Origin: Betaproteobacteria bacterium
GTDB taxonomy: Bacteria > Pseudomonadota > Gammaproteobacteria > Burkholderiales > Rhodocyclaceae
Length of the DNA: 64,000 nt
Assembly (NCBI GenBank): GCA_016703785.1
Contig: JADJBM010000017.1
Span: 484 to 64,483 of the forward strand
Direction of reading: 5' to 3'
Shown here one piece after another: positions 9,260 to 18,685 of this stretch; position 1 is the first letter of the stretch; each line of letters begins with the position of its first letter. Made by a program: the position numbers and the translations under genes. The notes under the pieces are model-generated. The model worked only from the letters and a program-made list of their open reading frames with translations. It had not been told where the DNA came from and did no database searches.

Positions 9260-9369
9260 GGCTTCCGCGGTCGCGAGAAGGAAACCATGGCAGCGATTCT
9301 GAAATGGGTTAAGTCACGGGATGTGACGGAGACCATCAATTAGCTGGTGTGCACCGTGTGAGGCGCGAC

Positions 9370-9591
9370 TCAAGCTTCCTTCTCTGCGCAACCGGAGTCA
9401 GCGGTACATGAAGAACCAGTTTTGACCGTAGCAATGGAAACCCGACCCGGCCCTGGCTCAAGCATTGCCAGCAGGCGCTTGAATTCGCCTTCGGGAACCG
9501 GAAAGGTCGTCAGCACGAGCCTTACCAGCTCACGCTCGATCTCGTCCCGCCCGCCGCGGATGAGCGTCAGGTTCGGCTCATCAGGATTCAT
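9370..9591 (-). CDS. Small hypothetical protein (73 aa)
   Basis: ORF with the AAATATACA-N5-TGTATATTT palindrome 40 nt upstream of its start. No motif recognised. Confidence 0.4.
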   Translation of the reverse strand: MNPDEPNLTLIRGGRDEIERELVRLVLTTFPVPEGEFKRLLAMLEPGPGRVSIATVKTGSSCTADSGCAEKEA

Positions 9592-9632
9592 GGGTCAAAG
9601 TTCTCGCAACTTGCCTGGCTAATGCCATTGTC

Positions 9633-9655
9633 AAATATACATGCCGTGTATATTT
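9633..9655. promoter_or_regulatory. Perfect 9-bp inverted repeat, putative operator
   Basis: aaatataca tgccg tgtatattt, an AT-rich sequence in a GC-rich background, upstream of the minus-strand gene 9370..9591. It shares the half-site AAATATACATG with the site at 9991..10013. Confidence 0.5.
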
Positions 9656-9690
9656 GGGTTGAAGTGCCCCAGTGACCCCGTTCCGTTCTC

Positions 9691-9930
9691 TCAATCCCTC
9701 TCGGACTGCCTCAGGAACTTCAGCATGGCCATGGCCTGCTTCTCCGGCGCATAAGCCAGGTGAAGCAGGAGCCGGACGGGCTTGGGAAGATTCCGGCCCG
9801 ACTCATAACGGGAACCGCCGGACTGCGTGACGGAAATCCTGCTCCAGAAATCGGATTGATTCATGCCCAGCTTCGATCGAAGCAGCTTGGCTTCCTTGCC
9901 GGATTCAATGAAGTATTTTGGCTTGCTCAT
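9691..9930 (-). CDS. XRE-family helix-turn-helix DNA-binding protein (79 aa)
   Basis: GKEAKLLRSKLGMNQSDFWSRISVTQSGGSRYESGRNLPKPV is a typical HTH_3-like layout. Confidence 0.65.
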   Translation of the reverse strand: MSKPKYFIESGKEAKLLRSKLGMNQSDFWSRISVTQSGGSRYESGRNLPKPVRLLLHLAYAPEKQAMAMLKFLRQSERD

Positions 9931-9990
9931 CGGGATTCTCGAATCGTTGAGGGTGGAGGTTTCAGGAAACTATTTCATGCATATATGCCG

Positions 9991-10013
9991 AAATATACAT
10001 GAGGCGTATATAT
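9991..10013. promoter_or_regulatory. Second operator-like palindrome (ATATAC-N7-GTATAT)
   Basis: aaatatacatgaggcgtatatat, located ~60 nt upstream of the minus-strand XRE gene start at 9930. Confidence 0.45.
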
Positions 10014-10102
10014 CCAGGCTGCATTGCTTCGGCAGGTCGGGCGATGGCCAACTCGTTTCTTGCTGGCCGAATGAAGCAGCTGCCGCCTCATTCGCCCCGG
10101 CA

Positions 10103-10863
10103 TCAATGCAGCACCGTCGCAGCGCCGCAGCACTTCTTGAACTTCTTGCCGCTGCCGCAGGGGCACGGATCGTTGCGGCCCACCTTGGGATGCGCCCTCT
10201 GGTAGGTCGCCGCCAGCATGCGTTCATGCACGGCCTTGCGGTAAGGCAACCAGTAGCGATAAATGGCGGCCAGGCCAGCCGGGATCTGCTTGGCGAGTTC
10301 TTCACGCTGGGCGGGCGTCCGGGTCAATTTTTCCTCATCCTTGGTGACCTTGTCCGCCCCCAGGAGATAGATCGGGCGCAGGGCTGCAGACGCCTGCGTA
10401 TCGTCGTAGAGGGACTGCCAGTCCTCCCGGCAAAGGGCAATGCCCTGCATGAAACCATAGGCCCACATTTCGGCGTCCAGGTATTCCTTCCGGTCATTGC
10501 CGAAGGTGGTGATGTTGAACAGCGGCTCGAAGGCGTCCGGATCATCCTGGAAACTCCAGACGATGCCGTTCATGTGCCGGGTAATCAGGTCGAGGATGCG
10601 CTGGGCCTGCTCCAGGGTCTCGAATTCGGGCGCATGTTCCTCCCCGGGCCCCAGATGCCTGGCAGCCAATCCTGCATTCTGACCGTGGTTGGCCCAATGA
10701 TGATCGCGGTGAGATAGCCGTCCAGCTGATCGAGCATCATCGTCTCGTCGGATACGGCATCCGACATCAGGAAATCATCGAGTTCGTCGATTTCCTCTTC
10801 GGACAGGGGCACCATCAGACGGGCGGGGTTGCGGTCGGGCACGATCGATATCTCTGAAGGCAC
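10103..10863 (-). CDS. UPF0149/YecA-like protein with C-terminal SEC-C metal-binding motif (one frameshift)
   Basis: ORFs 10585..10863 and 10103..10669 join near 10650. The first gives [39 protein letters not shown]. The second ends in [18 protein letters not shown]. Confidence 0.75.
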
Positions 10864-11001
10864 TGGCTTGATGGCAAGGGCAACCGCTCAGGCTGGTGCA
10901 GTTGGTTCTGGGGGGATGGCTTAAGAGCCGACACACGCGCCACCTCCTCCGTGAACCACCTCCCAACCGGTAGGTTCGATGCCAATGTCGCTGCCGCCAA
11001 T

Positions 11002-11484
11002 TCATTTCTCCGATGTAATAGCCCCGACCCGTCTTGCCTCGTACCTCTTGGCAGTCGGGTGCACAAGATAAGGCTTGTCCTCGATTGTTTTGAGCAGATC
11101 TTGCCGCGCTTTGACCGCCCGCTTGAACGCTCCGTCATAGCCATATCTTTTCACCGAAAAAGTCCGCGTCAGTTCTTTCCCGTCGGGCAACTTCAACCTG
11201 GCCTGCCATGAGCCCAGCGGCTGCTTTCTGGGGTGGATGAACTGGACGCCGGGAACCCCGCTCTGATTATTTGCGCGCACCAGCTGGTGGAATTCCCGTT
11301 TGCCCAAGGCCCGCGTTTTGGCGAGCCGATCGTCGCGCCACCCGATTGCGGCAGCCAAGGCCTTCTTCGAGCCACCCATCTTCAGATCGTAGAAACTCTT
11401 GTAGTGCGACTTCCCCGACCGCCGGAAATGCACCGACCAGCACCAGACGCCGGGCTTGGCCTCTATTCGGCTGATGGCATACAT
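11002..11484 (-). CDS. AP2/ERF-type DNA-binding protein (two AP2-like repeats)
   Basis: WCWSVHFRRSGKSHYKSFYDLKMGGSKKALAAAIGWRD, then SGVPGVQFIHPRKQPLGSWQARLKLPDGKELTRTFSVKRYGYDGAFKRAVKARQ. Confidence 0.7.
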   Translation of the reverse strand: MYAISRIEAKPGVWCWSVHFRRSGKSHYKSFYDLKMGGSKKALAAAIGWRDDRLAKTRALGKREFHQLVRANNQSGVPGVQFIHPRKQPLGSWQARLKLPDGKELTRTFSVKRYGYDGAFKRAVKARQDLLKTIEDKPYLVHPTAKRYEARRVGAITSEK

Positions 11485-11754
11485 GGGATGAGAGCAAAAT
11501 GAAACAGGCCATCCGAGATCATAATGAAATCGCTCACCCGGCCCTTACTGCCCGGGCTTAGAACAGGCTTTTCCAGGTTCATGCGCAAACACGCAAGATA
11601 CTGACATTGCCTGCCAATGATACCGATCCAACGGTGCCATACGCCTCGGATCCCCGATTAACTGCGGGAGAACCTGAGGACAAAACGAACGATAAGAATC
11701 CGGCGGCAATGGCTTCAAACCACCCAAACATCGTGGCGGGCGAAGAGCTTGGTA

Positions 11755-12048
11755 TTACCGCCGAGAACGAGCGACGGTCCGCGGCCTGACATTCTTGGCG
11801 CCCAATTTCGACGTCTCAATGGGTGCCAGTAACTCGAGGACATCGACGCCCAGGGCGATAGCCAACCGCTCCAGCCCATCCACGGAGATATTCGTAACGC
11901 AGCGCTCCAGCTGCGACACATACGTTCGATGGAAATCCGCCAGCTCGGCCATTTCCTCCTGGCTCAGCCCGCGCTCCCTGCGCAGGCACCGGACATTCTC
12001 GGCAATCCGCCGGCGCGCCTCTCCAACCGTTTGATTTGTTGTGCCCAT
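11755..12048 (-). CDS. XRE-family transcriptional regulator (97 aa)
   Basis: IAENVRCLRRERGLSQEEMAELADFHRTYVSQLERCVTNISVDGLERLAIALGVDVLELL is a canonical HTH_3 sequence. Confidence 0.85.
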   Translation of the reverse strand: MGTTNQTVGEARRRIAENVRCLRRERGLSQEEMAELADFHRTYVSQLERCVTNISVDGLERLAIALGVDVLELLAPIETSKLGAKNVRPRTVARSRR

Positions 12049-12201
12049 AGTAGGCGGAGAGTGACCGCCTACGGGCTTTGTATCTACAGAATAATACTCT
12101 ACTGTTTATTACTCTCTTTTTGGTAAGATTGGCTTGTCATTCTTTTTGCCCTTCGCCCCGTCCCTCCGCAGGGGAAAAGGGCGTGACCAACAGGAACAGC
12201 C

Positions 12202-13305
12202 ATGAAACCACTATGTTGCTTATTGGCATTGGCGACCGTGATCGCCGGAAAGCCCGTGCTGGCCCAGAACCCGATTGCCGAGCTCGGCGGTTCAACTTAC
12301 CGGGAGAAGGCGGTTTACGCCGTCTATGATCTGCCGGGCACAACCCGTCAGGCGGACGCCATCGAGGGGATCGTGCTTGACGCCCTCCGCACCTATGCTC
12401 GAAATGCCCAGGTTCGTTACGGCATCCCCCCTTCCCCCTACCCCGACTACCCGAGCCAGATGACCATCGGTCAGCGCCTGAGCGGAGGGCCTAAACCGGA
12501 CTGCGCTGGCGAACTTCTCTCCATTGAGGGGCTCGACACCTCGATGGCGAAGTACGGGGAGAAGATTTACCACCGTGTTTGCCTGTTCCCCTACAGCGGC
12601 GGTCTCCGGATCAACTACTTCGCCCTCTACGGCCAGCAGTCCGGGGCAGGCAACGCCAATCCCAATGTGCTTGCTGCCATGCTTGGCCGGGCCATTGGTG
12701 GCGCCATGGGCCTGGGCGACAGCAGCGCCACCATCAACAAGCTCCTAGCCAGGCTGGAAAATGGACTCCAGACGGCCGGGATCGGCTTCAAGTTGGTGCA
12801 GTTGCATCCGAAGGACCTGGCCGGCCGGACAGTGGTGGAGGACGATATTCCCCGACCTGCAACCAGGGCCGTAGCTTCCGCCCAGGTTCAGGCAACGACG
12901 ACGGAACCCGCTCAGCCCGCGCAGGCATCCCCAGCCCAGACGACGGCGATGATGCCTGCCCCCGTGCCGCCGGCAATGGCCCAGTTGCAGGCGGCCCTGC
13001 TGCAACAGCGCGAAATGGCCCGCCAGCAGATGGCGGCACAACTGCCGCCACAGGGCCAGCCCGAGCGGAGACTTGCAGCTGCCGCTGCCCGCAAGGAACT
13101 CACGGCCATGGGGCTCCAGTACTTTAGCCAGGAGCAGTTTCTGGCGGCCATTCGCCGCGGAGACGTCTTGGCTGTGGATCTGTTCATCACCGGCGCCGGT
13201 ATCGACTTGAATGCCGGCGCCCCTGGAGCAACGCCCCTGGCCATTGCGGAAAGCAATGGGCGACAAGACATCGTCGCCCTGCTGAAAACCGGCGGGGCAC
13301 GCTGA
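12202..13305 (+). CDS. Secreted protein with Ala/Gln/Pro-rich linker and C-terminal ankyrin-like repeat
   Basis: Signal peptide MKPLCCLLALATVIAGKPVLAQ. The C-terminus FLAAIRRGDVLAVDLFITGAGIDLNAGAPGATPLAIAESNGRQDIVALLKTGGA fits the ANK consensus. Confidence 0.6.
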   Translation: MKPLCCLLALATVIAGKPVLAQNPIAELGGSTYREKAVYAVYDLPGTTRQADAIEGIVLDALRTYARNAQVRYGIPPSPYPDYPSQMTIGQRLSGGPKPDCAGELLSIEGLDTSMAKYGEKIYHRVCLFPYSGGLRINYFALYGQQSGAGNANPNVLAAMLGRAIGGAMGLGDSSATINKLLARLENGLQTAGIGFKLVQLHPKDLAGRTVVEDDIPRPATRAVASAQVQATTTEPAQPAQASPAQTTAMMPAPVPPAMAQLQAALLQQREMARQQMAAQLPPQGQPERRLAAAAARKELTAMGLQYFSQEQFLAAIRRGDVLAVDLFITGAGIDLNAGAPGATPLAIAESNGRQDIVALLKTGGAR

Positions 13306-13307
13306 AC

Positions 13308-14258
13308 ATGCGACGCCTGTCCTGCGAAGTTCTGTTTGTAGGCTTGCTGATCGGCATGCCAGCGGCGGCTCAGCAATCCCCAATACTCGATGCCAGTGGC
13401 GACGGTTCGACAACGCCACGCTCGCGACTGGCATCGATCAAGGCCGTCACGGTATATCTGCACCGTGCCGAGGAGCGATGGTCAGCCAGCCTGGAGGGCG
13501 ACGTCAAGGATGCTGCCACCGAGAAAATCGAGGTCACGCTGGCGGACGGTTCCCTTCGCGTGCTAACCCAGCCGCTACCCAAGGGGAGCAAGCTCTGCCT
13601 GACCAAGATGAAGGACCGGGAGCAGTTCGGCTACCTGGAGTGCAATTCGGCCTTCTTCTCCGCTAACACAGGATCGACGGCCGCGGCGACGGTTCTGCGC
13701 GGTGTCCTGAGCCTGGGGATACTGACGGTTTCCGATGCGGCTTCGGGCAATACGGGATTCACCGTTTCCCTCGACCGGCAAGCCCTCGATGCGGCGGTGA
13801 GTGAATCAAAAGCCATCGAATTCGCCCGGAAATCGGCGCCACTGATCGAATACCGCAAAGCATTTGAGAGTGCCATCTCCGCCAGACAGCTGAGCGAATT
13901 CATTGCCCGCTACGAAGGCGCGTCCGATCCGGAATCGCTGGTCGTCAAGGCAAAGGAAAAACTGCCGCTCGCCATGGAGCAGGAGGAGGCTCGTGCGAAG
14001 CAAAAGTCGGAGGCCGCGGCCCGGCAGGCGGAAGCGCAGAGGCAGCAAGAAATCCAGCGGCAGGCGGAATCGGAGGCTTTAAGGCAGTTCCAGGCGAAAC
14101 TTAAGCCAGGCGATCGGGTGAAGATGATGCGGACCCATTACGCAGCGTTCCATGGATTGGTCATCGAAGTAAAGCCGCCGCTGGCCTATATCCAATGGGA
14201 GAACGTTACGCCGCCAATGCAGTGGGTTCGCGTCGAGCAACTCTTGCCGTCACCATGA
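13308..14258 (+). CDS. Secreted hypothetical protein with coiled-coil and small C-terminal beta domain
   Basis: Signal peptide LFVGLLIGMPAAAQQ. It has a charged QEEARAKQKSEAAARQAEAQRQQEIQRQAESE stretch. The start lies 3 nt after the previous stop. Confidence 0.55.
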   Translation: MRRLSCEVLFVGLLIGMPAAAQQSPILDASGDGSTTPRSRLASIKAVTVYLHRAEERWSASLEGDVKDAATEKIEVTLADGSLRVLTQPLPKGSKLCLTKMKDREQFGYLECNSAFFSANTGSTAAATVLRGVLSLGILTVSDAASGNTGFTVSLDRQALDAAVSESKAIEFARKSAPLIEYRKAFESAISARQLSEFIARYEGASDPESLVVKAKEKLPLAMEQEEARAKQKSEAAARQAEAQRQQEIQRQAESEALRQFQAKLKPGDRVKMMRTHYAAFHGLVIEVKPPLAYIQWENVTPPMQWVRVEQLLPSP

Positions 14259-14361
14259 GGATAGAATCTCTAATCGTGGAGCTGCTGTTGGGTCTGTTCG
14301 GTCCGTGCGTCTGCATTTTGGGGCATCAGCTGGCATTGATGTCCATCACGCAAATCAATGA

Positions 14362-14873
14362 CTATCTTTTCGGAGACAGTTCTTTATCGTTGTATTTGGG
14401 CAAAGCTTTATGCTCTCCCAGGTAAGTCGCCAAGGCATCGTACTCGGCTTTCGCAACCCGACCCATCAGCTTCAAATCGCGTGACGTTTCTGGTTTCAGC
14501 CCAGGCTTGGAACTAAAGAATGGGCTTACCGATACAAAAAGCTTCTTCGCGAGGACATCCCCTTCTTATGCTTGCGTTCGTTCTGACAAGAATCGCGCCG
14601 CACCACCATGCCCTGCGCCAGGGAGGTCGCGTAGGGTATTGTTGAATTGCTTCAGCCTGCCGGCGAATCCTTTAATCGAATTCGTCATGCCGAAATAGAC
14701 GATGTCTTTCTCCCACTTAAAATCCTTGCCAGTCATGTCCGTTTTTTTGATATAGCAAGCGCATAGATGCCGCGAAATTTCAAGAGATCCTTCCCGGAGA
14801 TGGTCCTTTTCCCAACCTCCATCTTCAGAACAATTTCACGCTCATCCCATTTCGCCCACTTGGAAAATTTCAT
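14362..14873 (-). pseudogene. GIY-YIG-like protein remnant (T7/A7 frameshift plus in-frame TAA)
   Basis: AGGAG lies 8 nt upstream of ATG 14873. The sequence is MKFSKWAKWDEREIVLKMEVGKRTISGKDLLKFRGIYALAISKK. It is then broken at the homopolymer 14742-14748. The adjusted frame continues DMTGKDFKWEKDIVYFGMTNSIKGFAGRLKQFNNTL (GIY ... YFG spacing). An in-frame TAA near 14566 is followed by about 65 more open codons. Confidence 0.35.
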
Positions 14874-15028
14874 CTGAGCTCTCCTGAAAGTACATCGATG
14901 TTGCATGCTACACAGTGGCGATATGGAGACGCAATAGGAATAACTATCCCAATGACCAGAGCCCAACCTTAAGCGACACATCATGTCGCTCATAGTTAGA
15001 AAATGGTCTTCGAACATCGGAGACCAGC

Positions 15029-17125
15029 ATGGCCAAACGCCGCAATCCTCGCAGATCCCTCAACCCCCTCGACATTCCTCCTATCGTCAGGCTCTGGCTT
15101 CTGCGAATCCTCGTCCCCTTGGGCGGATATCGGGAATTCATTTCCTACAGCGAAATCAGGAGCGATCCGCTGGCCATAGCGGTTGGACTGGAGGAGTGGA
15201 TTGATCCTTCGCCCCGCGAATATGACCAGAAGACCGCAACGACGCAGCTTCGCAAGATTTATCAGGCTTGCGAAGACGAGTCGTGGGACGCTATGGTGCC
15301 CTCCTGCCTCCAGCGCAACGTCAAGCGCCTGGCCGATCTGGCCAACTTGTCGGAGACGGACTGCCGAATTCTCGAATTCGCCGTGATACTGAATGACGGG
15401 CAGCTAGTCGCTTTAGCGGCCGATTATCTTGGAGAACTGTCGACCCTCAAGTTGTTCAACGCGCTGACTGTGGTGCTGGATCTTTCCGAACGGGATGTTT
15501 GCGCCTCGCTGAGTCCGCATGGCGTTTTGGCCACGACAGGCCTGCTCTCCATAGATCGGCAGGGCACATCCTCCCTGCGCGAGAAGTTCGACCTCCTTTC
15601 CAGGAGCTTTGCGGATCACATTCTGTCCTTTGACGCAGACCCGGTCGTTCTGCTGCGCGATATCCTTACACCCAGTACGCCAGCGGAGCTTTCGCTTGCC
15701 GATTTTGATCATGTCGGTGAGTCGCTCTCCCTGCTCCTGCCCTATCTCAAGCACGCCCTCACCACCGGCCGGAAAGGCGTCAACATTTTCCTGCAGGGCC
15801 AGCCCGGCACCGGCAAGAGCCAGCTGGCCAAGCTACTTGCAAAGGAGTTCGACTGCGAGCTGTTCGAAGTCGCCAGCGAGGACAGCGAGAACAAGCCGGT
15901 AGACGGCGAGCGGCGCCTGAGGGCATTCAAGGCTGCCCAATGTTTCTTCTCGAAGCGCAGGGCGATCCTGCTTTTCGATGAGGTGGAGGACGTCTTCGAC
16001 GATGGCGACTACGGCTTTGGTCGCAAGAGCACCGCGCAGACCCGAAAAGCCTGGATCAATCGTATTCTGGAAAGCAACCCGGTGCCGACGCTGTGGCTGT
16101 CGAACTCGATCCAGAGCCTCGATCCGGCATTCATTCGCCGTTTCGACATGGTCATCGAGCTTCCACTACCGTCCCGGCGGCAACGGGAGCGAATCATCCG
16201 GGAGGCCTGCTCGGACCTACTTGACGAAGCGGATATGGACCGCATTGCCGAGCACGAGTCACTCGCTCCTGCAGTCGTGACCCGCGCCGCATCCGTGGTC
16301 CGCACAATCCACCAGGAGCTTGACAGTTGCGATGCAGCCAGAGCCATGGCGTTACTGATCGGCAACACGCTCGAAGGACAAGGCTATCCGCGTCTCCGTA
16401 GCAGCGACGATAACCGCCTGCCGGAGTTCTACGACACCGCTTTCATCAATGCCGATGCGGACCTCGCAAAGATTGCCGAGGCCCTCATCGCAGCCCGGCC
16501 AGGGCGTCTGTGCCTGTTCGGTCCGCCCGGGACCGGGAAAACGGCCTATGGGAAGTGGCTGGCCGACCGCCTCGACCTGCCGCTGCAGACTAAAAGGGCT
16601 TCCGATCTGCTGTCGATGTGGGTCGGCGAGAGCGAGAAGAAAATTGCCCGCACCTTCAGGCAGGCGGCCGAGGAGAATGCCCTGCTGATGATCGACGAGG
16701 TCGACAGCTTCCTGCAGGATAGGCGCGGCGACCTGCGAGGATGGGAGACCAGCCTGGTCAATGAAATGCTGACCCAGATCGAGTCCTTCCCCGGCGTGTT
16801 CATCGCCTCGACCAACCTGCTGAGAAATCTCGACCAGGCGGCGCTGCGCCGTTTCGACCTCAAGATCAAGTTTGACTTCATGACGTGCGAGCAGGCTGCG
16901 AAGCTGCTGTGCCGCTTCTGTGCCATGGCGAACATCCCTGCGCCCGGCCCTGATCACCTGATACGGCTGGCGCGCCTGCGCGGGCTGACGCCGGGCGACT
17001 TCGCCGTGATGGCCCGGCGCCACCGCTTCCATCCTTTCGCTTCCTGCGACGCCTTGATCGAGGCGCTCGAGGCCGAATGCGAGATCAAGGAAGGCCCGAC
17101 GGCTGCCATCGGCTTCCTGCAATAG
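15029..17125 (+). CDS. Tandem AAA+ ATPase (two AAA modules, 698 aa) with unique N-terminal domain
   Basis: Intact ORF. Module 1 has NIFLQGQPGTGKSQLAK and AILLFDEVEDVF. Module 2 has LCLFGPPGTGKTAYGK, ALLMIDEVDSFL and FIASTNLLRNLDQAALRRFDLKI. Confidence 0.85.
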   Translation: MAKRRNPRRSLNPLDIPPIVRLWLLRILVPLGGYREFISYSEIRSDPLAIAVGLEEWIDPSPREYDQKTATTQLRKIYQACEDESWDAMVPSCLQRNVKRLADLANLSETDCRILEFAVILNDGQLVALAADYLGELSTLKLFNALTVVLDLSERDVCASLSPHGVLATTGLLSIDRQGTSSLREKFDLLSRSFADHILSFDADPVVLLRDILTPSTPAELSLADFDHVGESLSLLLPYLKHALTTGRKGVNIFLQGQPGTGKSQLAKLLAKEFDCELFEVASEDSENKPVDGERRLRAFKAAQCFFSKRRAILLFDEVEDVFDDGDYGFGRKSTAQTRKAWINRILESNPVPTLWLSNSIQSLDPAFIRRFDMVIELPLPSRRQRERIIREACSDLLDEADMDRIAEHESLAPAVVTRAASVVRTIHQELDSCDAARAMALLIGNTLEGQGYPRLRSSDDNRLPEFYDTAFINADADLAKIAEALIAARPGRLCLFGPPGTGKTAYGKWLADRLDLPLQTKRASDLLSMWVGESEKKIARTFRQAAEENALLMIDEVDSFLQDRRGDLRGWETSLVNEMLTQIESFPGVFIASTNLLRNLDQAALRRFDLKIKFDFMTCEQAAKLLCRFCAMANIPAPGPDHLIRLARLRGLTPGDFAVMARRHRFHPFASCDALIEALEAECEIKEGPTAAIGFLQ

Positions 17126-17167
17126 CCATCCTTATGGGATATTCTGTCGGCACACACCACTAAGCCT

Positions 17168-18680
17168 ATGATGCGCACGCTCTCGAAAACCAAGCTGCTG
17201 GCCTACAGGCAGTGCCCGAAGCGGCTCTGGCTCGAAATCCATCGCCCCGAGCTGCGGCAGGATTCCTCAACGACCCAGGCCAGCTTTAATGCCGGTCATG
17301 AAGTTGGCAGAGTGGCGCGGCGGCTGTATGACCCGGCGGGAAAGGGGCAACTGATCGATGTCATGGCGGAAGGATTCGACGCCGCCCTTGCCAGGAGCCG
17401 TGAGCTGCTGGGATCGTCACGGCCGATATTCGAGGCCGGGTTTGCGGCGGAGGGCGCGCAGGCCTTCGCCGACGTGATGCTGCCTATGAAGAGGGCTGGC
17501 AAACGTGCCTGGCGCATGATCGAGGTGAAGTCCTCGACCAGCATCAAGGACTACTACCGCGACGACGCGGCGATCCAGACCTTCGTCGCCAGAAATGCCG
17601 GCGTTCCCCTGGCGTCCGTCGCGCTCGCCCATATCGATAGCAAGTGGGTCTATCCAGGTAGCGAGGATTACCAGGGCCTGCTCAAGGAAAACGACCTGAC
17701 CGAAGAGGCCTTCGGTCGGGAATCCGAGGTCGTCGAGTGGATCGCCAACGCACACGCCATCGCGCGCAAGCGCGCAGAACCGAAGATAAGTACCGGCAGC
17801 CACTGCTCGAAGCCTTACGAATGCGGCTTCCTGGCTCATTGCCAGAGCCGGGAGCCGCAATCGGACTACCCGGCTGCCTGGCTCCCGCGCATCCAGTCCA
17901 GGAAACTCAAGGCGCTGATCGATGAGGAAGGGGTTGCCGACCTGCGCCAGGTTCCCGATGCCCTGCTCAATGATCGCCAGTTGCGTGTCAAGCACAGCAC
18001 GCTCACCGGCAAGGCATACTTCGATGCCGAACAGGCCGCCGCCGAGCTGGCGGCGCACAAGCTCCCGGCTTACTTCCTGGATTTCGAGACCATCCTGTTT
18101 GCCGTGCCCGTCTGGAAGGGCGCGCGGCCCTACCAGCAGATTCCCTTTCAGTTCAGCGTGCATATGCTGTCGCGTAGCGGAAAGCTGAGCCACGTATCGT
18201 TTCTCGATCTCTCGGGCAACGATCCTGCGAAGGCGCTGGCCGAAGCGCTGATTGCCGCCCTGGGCGAGCGCGGCCCGGTCTTCGTCTATAACGAGAAGTT
18301 CGAAAAGGCGCGCATCAACGAGCTCGCAGAACGTTTCCCGCGCATGCGGCGAGCCCTGCTGGCCATCAATGAGCGGATCGTCGATCTGATGAAGATCGCC
18401 GAGACGCACTATTATCATCCCAGCCAGCAGGGGAGCTGGAGTATCAAGAAGGTGCTGCCGGCCGCAGTGCCCGATCCCAGGCTGCGCTATGATTCGCTCT
18501 CCGGAGTACAGGACGGCGGCATGGCCATGAGAGCCTACATCCAGGCGCACCTCTCCTGCGGCGTCCCGGTCGGACAAGGAACGCATAGAGAAAGAGCTGC
18601 TCGAATACTGCTGGCTCGACACCTACGGCATGGTTCGCCTCTGGCAGTTCTTCTCCGGCCGCAACGATCTGGCGATCTAG
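17168..18680 (+). CDS. DUF2779-family protein (PD-(D/E)XK-like N-terminus plus RNase H-like exonuclease fold); one frameshift near 18555
   Basis: N-terminus LSKTKLLAYRQCPKRLWLEIH, then IEVKSST, CSKPYECGFLAHC and YFLDFETI...IPFQFSVH. The true C-terminus is recovered in another frame as DKERIEKELLEYCWLDTYGMVRLWQFFSGRNDLAI*, with TAG at 18678-18680. The ORF track fuses it to the next gene as 17168..19675. Confidence 0.75.
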
Positions 18681-18685
18681 ATCCG

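Noticed and set aside
12049-12201. A hairpin gtaggcgg-agagtga-ccgcctac (12050-12072) and the repeated TA(A/T)TACTCT words between the XRE gene and the secreted-protein gene, considered as an operator.
   Set aside because: The position in a divergent promoter region is plausible, but the repeats are short and AT-rich. I cannot distinguish them from ordinary -10/-35 sequence without data.
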